64,000 bases of DNA from Escherichia coli (GTDB lineage: Bacteria; Pseudomonadota; Gammaproteobacteria; Enterobacterales; Enterobacteriaceae). The notes beneath the pieces were generated by a model that did not search any database, had not been told where the DNA came from, and saw nothing but the letters and a program-made list of their open reading frames with translations. The stretch lies in the NCBI RefSeq assembly GCF_002854065.1, contig NZ_CP024147.1; one strand, given 5' to 3'. Shown piece after piece: positions 47,209 through 55,863 of this stretch (position 1 is its first letter; each line of letters opens with the position of its first letter). The position numbers were made by a program, and so were the translations under genes.

Positions 47209-48426
47209 TTAAGATGATGAGGCGGCCTCAGGGACGTGTTCCGGAGGCCGTTTTTTTAATCGCCACGTCAGTAATAACGCGATTGCGACCAGTCCCGCCG
47301 CCGCCAGATAAATCACCGGTACGCCCGCCCAGCTCATCACCAGCCCAGCCAGTGGTCCGGTCACGCCAAGCGATAAATCCATAAATACGGTGTAAGTTGC
47401 CAGCGCCGCCCCCTGATTTTGCTGCGGAACCGCTTTTACCGCCACTACACCCAATGCCGGGAACACCAGCGAAAACCCGGCCCCCGCCAGTAAGACGCCG
47501 ATTTTCGCCATCCACGGCATAGTCGCCACGCCAACCAGTAGCAGGCCGATTATCTCAACGCTAAAGCAAATCATCGCTACGTTTAAGCCGCCGATACGGT
47601 TAATGCCGTTAGGGAATAACAAACGCGTACCGACAAACGCACAGCTAAACAGCGTCAGCGCGAAAGCCGCACCGTCCCAACCTTTAGCGTCATAAAACAG
47701 CGTGATAAAGGTGGCGATGACGCCAAATCCGGCGGAAGCCAACGCCAGCGCCATACCGTATAGCCAGACGCGCCCAAGCACCGCGCGAAACGGCAGCGGT
47801 TTGCCTTTACTGGCTTTTACCGTCGGACGCGGGATCGCCAACAAAATGGCCACCAGCGCCACGGCCATAATGATTAACGCTAACGCCTGCAAGCCGCCCC
47901 AGTGATAAAACACGACACCTAACGGCGCACCCATCGCCATCGCCCCATAAGTGACAATACCGTTCCACGAAATCACCCGTCCGATATGCAGCGAGCCAAC
48001 CACGCCAACGCCCCACAGGGTCGATCCCGTTCCGGCAAAACTTTGCCCAATCCCAAGGATGACGCGTCCCAGGCAAAGTAATAACAGGCTGATGACGGGC
48101 AGACTGGCGGTTAATCCTGCCGTCAGATATCCCAGACCGCTCAAAAAGCAGCCGCATAAACCGAAGACGACAATCTTTTTGGGGCCCAGCAAATCGGCGT
48201 AACGTCCGGCATGAGGACGGCTCAGCAAGGTGGCAAAATATTGCAGGCTGATAACCAATCCTGCCCAGAAAGCGCTAAAGCCCATCACATCATGGACATA
48301 GCCCGGTAATACAGCGAGCGGCAACCCGATGGTGAGGTAGCTGGCGAAGTTAAACATGACAATGGAGACAATGCGCAAATTCAGGCGCAATCCGTTTAGC
48401 GCGGGTTCGGCTACGGGTTCGGGCAT
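47209..48426 (-). CDS. yhhS: MFS transporter
   Basis: ORF 47209..48468; ATG at 48424-48426 gives MPEPVAEPALNGLRLNLRIVSIVMFNF; 12 predicted TM segments. Confidence 0.9.
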   Translation of the reverse strand: MPEPVAEPALNGLRLNLRIVSIVMFNFASYLTIGLPLAVLPGYVHDVMGFSAFWAGLVISLQYFATLLSRPHAGRYADLLGPKKIVVFGLCGCFLSGLGYLTAGLTASLPVISLLLLCLGRVILGIGQSFAGTGSTLWGVGVVGSLHIGRVISWNGIVTYGAMAMGAPLGVVFYHWGGLQALALIIMAVALVAILLAIPRPTVKASKGKPLPFRAVLGRVWLYGMALALASAGFGVIATFITLFYDAKGWDGAAFALTLFSCAFVGTRLLFPNGINRIGGLNVAMICFSVEIIGLLLVGVATMPWMAKIGVLLAGAGFSLVFPALGVVAVKAVPQQNQGAALATYTVFMDLSLGVTGPLAGLVMSWAGVPVIYLAAAGLVAIALLLTWRLKKRPPEHVPEAASSS

Positions 48427-48557
48427 GAGGATCACCACATTTTTACAACAGTGTTTCATTTTTACCACGTGCTGACGTGAAAATCAGCAGTAAGAATCAG
48501 AATATTGCTGGCGTGACTCCCGCTACACTTAATACAAAAAGTCACAAGGAAGCCCCA

Positions 48558-49607
48558 ATGGAAACCCCTCAACCCGATAAAACGGGCATGCACATTCTGC
48601 TCAAGCTGGCCTCGCTGGTAGTGATCCTGGCGGGCATTCACGCAGCGGCAGATATCATTGTGCAGCTGTTACTGGCGCTGTTTTTTGCCATCGTCCTCAA
48701 CCCGCTCGTCACCTGGTTTATTCGTCGGGGAGTACAACGCCCCGTTGCCATTACGATTGTAGTGGTGGTGATGCTGATCGCACTAACCGCGCTGGTCGGC
48801 GTACTGGCGGCATCGTTTAACGAATTTATCTCTATGCTGCCGAAGTTTAATAAGGAGCTGACGCGCAAACTTTTTAAATTGCAGGAGATGTTGCCTTTTC
48901 TTAATTTGCATATGTCGCCGGAGCGAATGCTGCAGCGGATGGACTCGGAAAAAGTGGTTACCTTCACCACGGCGCTAATGACCGGGCTTTCCGGGGCAAT
49001 GGCGAGCGTGCTTTTGCTGGTGATGACCGTAGTTTTTATGCTGTTTGAAGTGCGCCACGTCCCTTACAAAATGCGTTTTGCGCTGAATAACCCACAGATT
49101 CACATCGCAGGATTACACCGCGCACTTAAAGGCGTTTCGCATTATCTGGCGTTAAAGACGCTACTCAGTTTATGGACAGGTGTCATCGTCTGGCTGGGGC
49201 TGGAGCTGATGGGGGTGCAGTTTGCGCTGATGTGGGCAGTACTGGCGTTTTTGCTTAACTACGTGCCCAATATCGGCGCGGTAATTTCCGCCGTACCGCC
49301 AATGATTCAGGTGCTGCTGTTTAATGGTATTTACGAATGTATTCTGGTCGGCGCATTGTTTTTAGTTGTCCATATGGTCATCGGCAATATTTTAGAGCCA
49401 CGGATGATGGGCCATCGCCTGGGGATGTCCACCATGGTGGTATTTCTTTCATTGTTAATTTGGGGATGGCTGCTCGGCCCGGTAGGGATGCTACTTTCGG
49501 TGCCATTAACCAGCGTGTGTAAAATCTGGATGGAAACGACGAAAGGCGGTAGCAAACTGGCGATTTTACTGGGGCCGGGCAGACCGAAAAGTCGGTTACC
49601 GGGTTAA
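48558..49607 (+). CDS. yhhT: AI-2E/PerM-family transporter
   Basis: ORF 48477..49607; ATG at 48558 (RBS aagga) gives METPQPDKTGMHILLKLASLVV. Confidence 0.9.
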   Translation: METPQPDKTGMHILLKLASLVVILAGIHAAADIIVQLLLALFFAIVLNPLVTWFIRRGVQRPVAITIVVVVMLIALTALVGVLAASFNEFISMLPKFNKELTRKLFKLQEMLPFLNLHMSPERMLQRMDSEKVVTFTTALMTGLSGAMASVLLLVMTVVFMLFEVRHVPYKMRFALNNPQIHIAGLHRALKGVSHYLALKTLLSLWTGVIVWLGLELMGVQFALMWAVLAFLLNYVPNIGAVISAVPPMIQVLLFNGIYECILVGALFLVVHMVIGNILEPRMMGHRLGMSTMVVFLSLLIWGWLLGPVGMLLSVPLTSVCKIWMETTKGGSKLAILLGPGRPKSRLPG

Positions 49608-49626
49608 TAGCACCTCCTGAGCAGGC

Positions 49627-49657
49627 AATGGCCACCGTTTATCTAACAGTGGCCATT
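49627..49657 (+). terminator. yhhT terminator hairpin
   Basis: Arms aatggccac (49627-49635) and gtggccatt (49649-49657), followed by tgatttg. Confidence 0.45.
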
Positions 49658-49659
49658 TG

Positions 49660-49986
49660 ATTTGAGGAAATGATGAAACATTATTCAGAAAATTAATTTA
49701 AAAAAACCATTCCTTAAGTCAAATATATATAAACGCCGAATAGCGATTAAATCCTTCTCAAAGAATGCACTGATAACATTGTGTTATTTTTATTGCCTCA
49801 TTTTTCTCACTCACTTATAGTTGGTCCCTGCTGGCAGTAATTTAGTCATTTCAGAGATTTTTACTCTGATGTGCACTTACTGACTTATCTCACAAGTAAT
49901 TTTTTCTCTAAATAAAGAATAGTGATGCCAGCAATTACAGTTAAATCTTGCTTTACTCGTAAAAACAATACTTTAATGGGGTTCTA
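49660..49986. other. AT-rich junction between core (yhhT) and accessory cluster; probable island boundary and cluster promoter
   Basis: Visibly AT-rich (long A/T runs), no ORFs in any frame, immediately precedes the first cluster gene. Confidence 0.6.
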
Positions 49987-50376
49987 ATGAGACATTACAT
50001 GAAGTGGTTTGCGGCTATTGCTGTTGTGGGTGCTTTAGCAGGTTGCGCGCGTACTGCGCCAATTGATCAGGTTCACTCAACCGTCAGCGCTGGTCATACC
50101 CAGGAACAAGTGAAAAAAGCGATTCTGAAAGCTGGCGTTGAACGCAAATGGATTATGTCCGAAGCCGGACAAGGCATAATTAAAGCACGTCAACAGTCAC
50201 GCGATCATTCAGCGGAAATACGCATTAACTACACGGCATCCAGCTACGATATCAATTATGAAAATAGCCAGAACCTACAAGCGTCAGGCGGACAAATTCA
50301 TAAAAACTACAATCGCTGGGTCCGCAATCTCGACAAAGATATTCAACTGAATTTGTCAGCGGGCGCAGATTTATAA
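49987..50376 (+). CDS. small lipoprotein, first gene of the APE-type cluster
   Basis: 129-aa ORF MRHYMKWFAAIAVVGALAGC (signal peptide plus lipobox); alternative start 49999; lower GC than downstream genes. Confidence 0.7.
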   Translation: MRHYMKWFAAIAVVGALAGCARTAPIDQVHSTVSAGHTQEQVKKAILKAGVERKWIMSEAGQGIIKARQQSRDHSAEIRINYTASSYDINYENSQNLQASGGQIHKNYNRWVRNLDKDIQLNLSAGADL

Positions 50377-50435
50377 TTCTTCCTAAAGTCGGGCCGTTGC
50401 GGTCCGATAATAATTTAATTCCCTCTTAACAGGTT

Positions 50436-51503
50436 GTGCCCAACATGTACGAACAGGATTCTCTTAGCGCACTGGATGCGATTACCGAAGCTCAACGCAT
50501 TGCCTTTGCCCCTATGCTTTTTCAAACAGCACTCTGCCTACGTAATGCGGGTGTACTTTCATATCTGGATCGGCAAGGCAAACATGGCGCAACGCTGGCT
50601 GATATCACCGAACATAGCCATATCAACGAATATGCTGCCAGCGTTCTGTTAGATATGGGCTTAAGCGGGCGAATTATTACCTGTAAAGAGGGAATTTATT
50701 ACCTGGCGAAAATCGGTCATTACCTCCTGCATGACACTATGACTCGCGTGAATATGGATTTCACCCAGGATGTCTGTTACCAGGGGCTCTTCTTCCTCGC
50801 CGATTCACTCAATGAAGGAAAACCTTCCGGGTTAAAAGTATTTGGCGACTGGTCGACGATATATCCGGCACTTTCGCAATTACCAGACGCCGCTCGTGAA
50901 AGCTGGTTTGCGTTTGATCATTACTATTCAGATGGCGCATTTAACGCCGTACTGCCTTATGTATTCGCCAACAACCCCACAACATTGTACGATGTAGGCG
51001 GCAATACGGGTAAGTGGGCTTTGCGTTGCTGCAAATACAATGAAAACATCGCCGTGACGTTATTAGATCTGCCACAACAAATCGTACTAGCGAAAGAAAA
51101 TATCGCGAATGCAGGTTTTTCTGATCGCATAGATTTCCATGCGGTGGATATGCTAAGCGATGCCCCATTACCGGGCGAGGCTGATATCTGGTGGATGAGC
51201 CAATTTTTAGACTGTTTTTCACCCGAACAAATAATTAGCATACTCAGCAAAATTGCCAGCGTAATGAAGCCTGGCGCAAAAGTTTGCATCATGGAGTTGT
51301 TCTGGGATGCGCAGCGGTTTGAAGCAGCATCGTTTAGCCTGAACGCGTCCTCACTTTATTTTACCTGCATGGCAAACGGTAACAGCCGTTTCTATAGTGC
51401 AGAGAAATTTTACGACTATCTGAATAAAGCAGGATTCCAGGTAGCAGAGCGCCACGATAATTTAGGCGTTGGGCATACACTTTTGATATGCCAAAAGAAA
51501 TAA
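50436..51503 (+). CDS. apeB: SAM-dependent (O-)methyltransferase
   Basis: 355-aa ORF; Rossmann SAM motif LYDVGGNTGKWAL. Symbol inferred from conserved ape cluster order; verify. Confidence 0.7.
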   Translation: MPNMYEQDSLSALDAITEAQRIAFAPMLFQTALCLRNAGVLSYLDRQGKHGATLADITEHSHINEYAASVLLDMGLSGRIITCKEGIYYLAKIGHYLLHDTMTRVNMDFTQDVCYQGLFFLADSLNEGKPSGLKVFGDWSTIYPALSQLPDAARESWFAFDHYYSDGAFNAVLPYVFANNPTTLYDVGGNTGKWALRCCKYNENIAVTLLDLPQQIVLAKENIANAGFSDRIDFHAVDMLSDAPLPGEADIWWMSQFLDCFSPEQIISILSKIASVMKPGAKVCIMELFWDAQRFEAASFSLNASSLYFTCMANGNSRFYSAEKFYDYLNKAGFQVAERHDNLGVGHTLLICQKK

Positions 51504-51543
51504 TCGTCACTTAATAATTTTGGTTTACCGCGGGCGCGCGTTG

Positions 51544-52266
51544 ATGAAATTTACATTAAATATTACCGACTGGCAGGCACTGGCGCCTGGACTTAGCGAA
51601 GCGCAGCAATGGCAAGCATGGTCGCGCCAGCCGTGGGCGATTGACCCTGCCGCGCCGTTGGCAAAATTAAGTGAACTGCCAATGATGACCGCCCGCCGCC
51701 TCAGTTCAGGCAGCAAACTGGCTGTTGAATGCGGTCTGGCAATGCTACGCCGCCATCAGCCAGACGCCGTTTTGTATACCAGTCGTCATGGCGAACTGGA
51801 GCGCAATTACCGCATTGTTCATGCACTGGCAACCGAACAGGCGCTTTCTCCGACGGACTTCGCGCTCTCCGTACACAACTCTTCCGTGGGTAACCTGACC
51901 ATTGCGGCCAAACAGCCGATCGTTTCGTCATCGCTTTCGGCTGGTCGCGACACTTTCCAGCAAGGTTTGTGTGAAGTGCTTAGTCTGTTACAGGCGGGCT
52001 ACCAGCGCGTGTTGATGGTCGATTTTGATGGCTTTCTGCCTGAGTTCTATCATCCACAACTGCCCGCAGAAATGCCGACCTGGCCGTACGCCGTCGCGCT
52101 GGTGATTGAAGCTGGCGATGAGTGGCAATGTGGAACGCAGTCAGCCATTGCGGGTAATGAAACAACACTGCCGCAAAGCATGTTGTTTTTACAGCACTAT
52201 TTACAAAATGCGGACACATTTTCACTGCCTGGCGAGCGCGTACAGTGGCGCTGGAGCCGTGGATGA
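51544..52266 (+). CDS. apeC: short KS-like partner protein (chain-length-factor-like)
   Basis: ORF 51520..52266 (TTG); ATG at 51544 gives MKFTLNITDWQALAPG; about 240 aa, far shorter than a full KAS; ATGA overlap with the next gene. Confidence 0.6.
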   Translation: MKFTLNITDWQALAPGLSEAQQWQAWSRQPWAIDPAAPLAKLSELPMMTARRLSSGSKLAVECGLAMLRRHQPDAVLYTSRHGELERNYRIVHALATEQALSPTDFALSVHNSSVGNLTIAAKQPIVSSSLSAGRDTFQQGLCEVLSLLQAGYQRVLMVDFDGFLPEFYHPQLPAEMPTWPYAVALVIEAGDEWQCGTQSAIAGNETTLPQSMLFLQHYLQNADTFSLPGERVQWRWSRG

Positions 52267-53084
52267 GTAAGCTGCTGTCACGTCTGGAGTGGACCTGGCG
52301 ACTGGTCATGACCGGGTTATGTTTTGCCCTGTTTGGTCTCGGCGGCCTGCTGCTTTCTGTCGTGTGGTTTAACATATTGTTAGTTTTGGTGTGGGATACT
52401 TCCCGCCGCCGTCGTTTGGCGCGTCGCAGCATTGCCGCCAGTTTTCGCCTGTTTTTAACTGTCGCGAAAGGGCTTGGCGTGCTGGATTATCGTATTGATG
52501 GCGCTGAAATTTTACGTCAGGAACGCGGTTGCCTCGTCGTAGCCAATCATCCCACGCTGATCGATTACGTGCTGCTGGCGTCAGTCATGCCAGAAACTGA
52601 CTGCCTGGTGAAAAGCGCGCTGTTAAAAAATCCTTTTCTTGGCGGCGTCGTGCGGGCGGCAGATTATTTAATCAACAGCGAAGCTGAAACCCTGTTACCC
52701 CGCTGCCAACAGCGACTGGCACAGGGTGACACTATCCTGATTTTCCCCGAAGGCACGCGAACGAAGCCCGGTGAAAAAATGACGCTGCAGCGCGGGGCGG
52801 CGAATATTGCCGTGCGCTGTGCCAGCGATTTACGCATCGTGACGATCGGCTGTAGCGAGCATCTGCTGGATAAACAAAGTAAATGGTATGACGTTCCACC
52901 TGACCGGCCGTTTTTTACGGTTGCAGTCCATGGTCGGGTTGAAATCAATAAATTTTACGATGCAACTTCACAAGAACCGGCGCTGGCAGCAAGGCAGTTA
53001 AACCGGCATCTTTTGCTTCAATTACAACAAGGTTGTTTACCTCTCTCAGGAATAAATAATGCAAGCGCTTTATCTGGAAATTAA
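52263..53084 (+). CDS. lysophospholipid/glycerol-3-phosphate acyltransferase family protein
   Basis: ORF 52245..53084; HX4D motif NHPTLIDY and FPEGTRT motif; start chosen at the ATGA overlap (52263). Confidence 0.75.
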   Translation: MSKLLSRLEWTWRLVMTGLCFALFGLGGLLLSVVWFNILLVLVWDTSRRRRLARRSIAASFRLFLTVAKGLGVLDYRIDGAEILRQERGCLVVANHPTLIDYVLLASVMPETDCLVKSALLKNPFLGGVVRAADYLINSEAETLLPRCQQRLAQGDTILIFPEGTRTKPGEKMTLQRGAANIAVRCASDLRIVTIGCSEHLLDKQSKWYDVPPDRPFFTVAVHGRVEINKFYDATSQEPALAARQLNRHLLLQLQQGCLPLSGINNASALSGN

Positions 53085-53316
53085 AAACCTCATCATCAGC
53101 ACCCTCAATCTGGACGAGTTGACGCCTGATGATATCGATACCGACGCGCCGCTGTTTGGCGACGGTTTAGGGCTGGACTCTATCGATGCCCTGGAACTGG
53201 GACTGGCAGTAAAAAATGAGTACGGCATCGTGCTCTCTGCGGAAAGCGAAGAGATGCGTCAGCACTTTTTCTCCGTCGCCACTCTGGCCTCTTTCATTGC
53301 TGCGCAACGTGCCTGA
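53059..53316 (+). CDS. apeE: acyl carrier protein
   Basis: 85-aa acidic ORF with phosphopantetheine-site motif LGLDSIDALEL. Confidence 0.8.
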   Translation: MQALYLEIKNLIISTLNLDELTPDDIDTDAPLFGDGLGLDSIDALELGLAVKNEYGIVLSAESEEMRQHFFSVATLASFIAAQRA

Positions 53317-53327
53317 GGAAAGCCATC

Positions 53328-53579
53328 ATGACAGAACAACAAACCGTCTATCAGGAAGTCTCAGCCCTGCTGGTTAAGCTGTTTGAAATCGATCCGCAGG
53401 ACATCAAACCTGAAGCGCGCCTGTACGAAGATCTGGAACTGGACAGCATCGACGCCGTTGACATGATTGTGCACCTGCAAAAGAAAACCGGTAAGAAAAT
53501 CAAGCCGGAAGAGTTTAAAGCAGTGCGTACAGTCCAGGATGTCGTCGAGGCTGTAGAACGCCTGCTACAAGAAGCCTGA
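53328..53579 (+). CDS. apeF: acyl carrier protein
   Basis: 83-aa ORF with LELDSIDAVDM motif. Confidence 0.8.
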   Translation: MTEQQTVYQEVSALLVKLFEIDPQDIKPEARLYEDLELDSIDAVDMIVHLQKKTGKKIKPEEFKAVRTVQDVVEAVERLLQEA

Positions 53580-53583
53580 TCTG

Positions 53584-54165
53584 ATGTCGGGCATTCGCTC
53601 GCTACCGATGATTAAGCTGCTGACTGGATTATTGCTGCTCGCCTGGCCGTTTGTGATTTGGTTTGGCTTAGCGCATAACGGCCTGCACTGGCTGTTGCCG
53701 CTAATAGCGTTGCTGCTTTTGTTGCGCCTGCGCCAGACCCGTCGCCAGGCGGGGCCGCTCCAGGTCGTCACACAAATCGTCGCTGTCGTGGGCATCGCAT
53801 TATGTGTCGCCAGCGTTCTGTTGAAAACACACCAGCTACTGCTGTTTTACCCGGTAGTGGTTAACGCGGTCATGCTGGCGGTTTTTGGCGGTTCGCTGTG
53901 GTCGGCAATGCCGATAGTTGAGCGGCTGGCGCGTTTGCAGGAGCCAGATCTGCCGGAAAAGGGCATGCGCTATACCCGCCGCGTCACGCAAATCTGGTGC
54001 GGCTTTTTCATCATCAACGGTGGAATTGCCCTCTTTACCGCGCTTTATGCCGATATGTCGTTATGGACCGCCTGGAACGGCATGATTGCTTATTTGTTGA
54101 TGGGAACATTAATGGCTGGTGAATGGCTGGTGCGCCGTCAGGTGATGAAAAGAGATCGCGCATGA
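53584..54165 (+). CDS. integral membrane protein of unknown function
   Basis: 193-aa ORF with several hydrophobic segments (LLLAWPFVIWFGL, VVGIALCVASVLL, ...). Confidence 0.65.
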   Translation: MSGIRSLPMIKLLTGLLLLAWPFVIWFGLAHNGLHWLLPLIALLLLLRLRQTRRQAGPLQVVTQIVAVVGIALCVASVLLKTHQLLLFYPVVVNAVMLAVFGGSLWSAMPIVERLARLQEPDLPEKGMRYTRRVTQIWCGFFIINGGIALFTALYADMSLWTAWNGMIAYLLMGTLMAGEWLVRRQVMKRDRA

Positions 54166-55523
54166 AGCAGACCTTACCGCTTGCACGCTGGCTGACTGCG
54201 CCACGCTCTGATGACACACCCATTGCGTGGCTGGACGAAAGCTTCTGGACGCTGGGCGATTTGCGTCACGATGTCGCGCAACTTATCTGCCGCTTGCAGC
54301 AACAGCCGGGTGAACGCTGGGCGCTGTGCTTTGAGAACAGCTATCTGTTTATCGTTGCCCTGCTCGCCACGCTACACGCCGGAAAAACGCCGGTGCTTCC
54401 GGGGCATAACCGTGTTATCCAGCTTAACGAGCAACGTGAACTTTTTGATGGTGTGCTTAGCGACAGCGAACTTAACTGGCAAGGTTCATTGCTGTTGGTA
54501 GCAAGTTCCCCACAAATCGCGACACAATCCTTCACCTTTGCCGCTATAGCGCCAGAGGCTTTTATCGAGCTGTTTACCTCCGGTTCCACGGGACAGCCGA
54601 AACGGGTGATTAAACCTGTTCATTTGCTGGATCGTGAAGCAGAACTGCTGGCTGAACGATTAGGCGCACGTCTGGCGGGTTGTCGTGTCGTCGGTTCCGT
54701 ATTGCCGCAGCATTTGTACGGCCTGACTTTTCGCGTTTTCCTGCCCATGGCGTTGGGATTACCGCTGCACGCCGCCATGCTCTGGTATGTCGAACAGTTT
54801 GCCGCGTTGAGTCATCAGCATCGCTATATCTTCATCAGCAGCCCGGCATTTTTGAAGCGCCTGGATACCCAGCTTTCTCCGCCACCCGTTCAGGTGCTTC
54901 TCTCTGCTGGCGGTGAGCTGCCGTGGCAGGATGTACAACACACCGCAAGCTGGCTGCGCGTCTGGCCTGATGAAATCTACGGCAGCACGGAAACCGGTGT
55001 CATCGCCTGGCGTTACCGCGAACAAGAGCAACGCCGCTGGCTACCCTTCCCTGGTATGCAGTTCCAGGCCGAAGGTGATTCTTTTCGTCTCTTTTCACCG
55101 CTGATGGCGGAAGATAACGGCCTGTTACTCGACGATCTCTTGCAGTTTAGCCAGGACGGTCAGTTCCATCTGATGGGGCGTCGTGGGCGCATCGTTAAGA
55201 TTGAAGAAAAACGTATTTCACTCCAGGAAGTAGAACAACGTCTGCTGGCGCTGGACGGTATTCGCGAGGCGGCGGCAGTTCCCGTTACGCGCGGCGGGCG
55301 TCAGAGCATAGGCGTTTTGCTGGTGCTGGATGACGAAGCTCATCTGCAATGGCAGAACGGCGGCGGGCATAGCCAGGAAATGACCTGGCGGCGTTTACTG
55401 CGCCCGACGCTGGAGCCAGTTGCTATTCCGCGTTACTGGCGCGTTATTGATGAAATGCCAGTAAACAGTATGAACAAGCGTGTCTATGCGCAATTACAGG
55501 AGTTATTTCATGAAGCCCCATGA
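54162..55523 (+). CDS. apeH: AMP-dependent synthetase/ligase (acyl/aryl-activating enzyme)
   Basis: ORF 54123..55523; start at the ATGA overlap 54162 (MKQTLPLARW); AMP-binding motif TSGSTGQPKRV. Confidence 0.78.
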   Translation: MKQTLPLARWLTAPRSDDTPIAWLDESFWTLGDLRHDVAQLICRLQQQPGERWALCFENSYLFIVALLATLHAGKTPVLPGHNRVIQLNEQRELFDGVLSDSELNWQGSLLLVASSPQIATQSFTFAAIAPEAFIELFTSGSTGQPKRVIKPVHLLDREAELLAERLGARLAGCRVVGSVLPQHLYGLTFRVFLPMALGLPLHAAMLWYVEQFAALSHQHRYIFISSPAFLKRLDTQLSPPPVQVLLSAGGELPWQDVQHTASWLRVWPDEIYGSTETGVIAWRYREQEQRRWLPFPGMQFQAEGDSFRLFSPLMAEDNGLLLDDLLQFSQDGQFHLMGRRGRIVKIEEKRISLQEVEQRLLALDGIREAAAVPVTRGGRQSIGVLLVLDDEAHLQWQNGGGHSQEMTWRRLLRPTLEPVAIPRYWRVIDEMPVNSMNKRVYAQLQELFHEAP

Positions 55524-55863
55524 AATCGAGCGCCATCAGGCACAAACGAATCACCTTGAAATTGTTCTGCATCTCAGGGCGGATCTGTTCTGGTTTCGCG
55601 GTCATTTTGCCGTGCAACCATTACTCCCAGGAGTTGCGCAAATCGACTGGGCGATGAGCTACGCGCTCAATCTGCTCGCGCCTGGCTGGCGTTTTCACTC
55701 CATTCAGAACATAAAATTCCAGTCTCCGTTGCTGCCGGAAAACCGCGTCACGCTCGCGCTTAACTGGCAGGAAGAACGCCAGATTCTGAGCTTTAGCTAT
55801 CAGCGTCACGACGGTGACGCCCGCCACACCGCCAGTAGCGGGAAGATCCGCCTATGTCGGTAA
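55510..55863 (+). CDS. apeI: hotdog-fold (3R)-hydroxyacyl-ACP dehydratase-like protein
   Basis: ORF 55480..55863; FabA/FabZ-like motif GHFAVQPLLPGV; start 55510 overlaps the upstream gene. Confidence 0.7.
   Translation: MKPHEIERHQAQTNHLEIVLHLRADLFWFRGHFAVQPLLPGVAQIDWAMSYALNLLAPGWRFHSIQNIKFQSPLLPENRVTLALNWQEERQILSFSYQRHDGDARHTASSGKIRLCR

Noticed and set aside
49608-50000. Possible integrase/tRNA attachment site or IS element at the island boundary
   Set aside because: No tRNA-like sequence, no integrase or transposase ORF and no obvious direct repeats flank the AT-rich junction; no mobile element is called.
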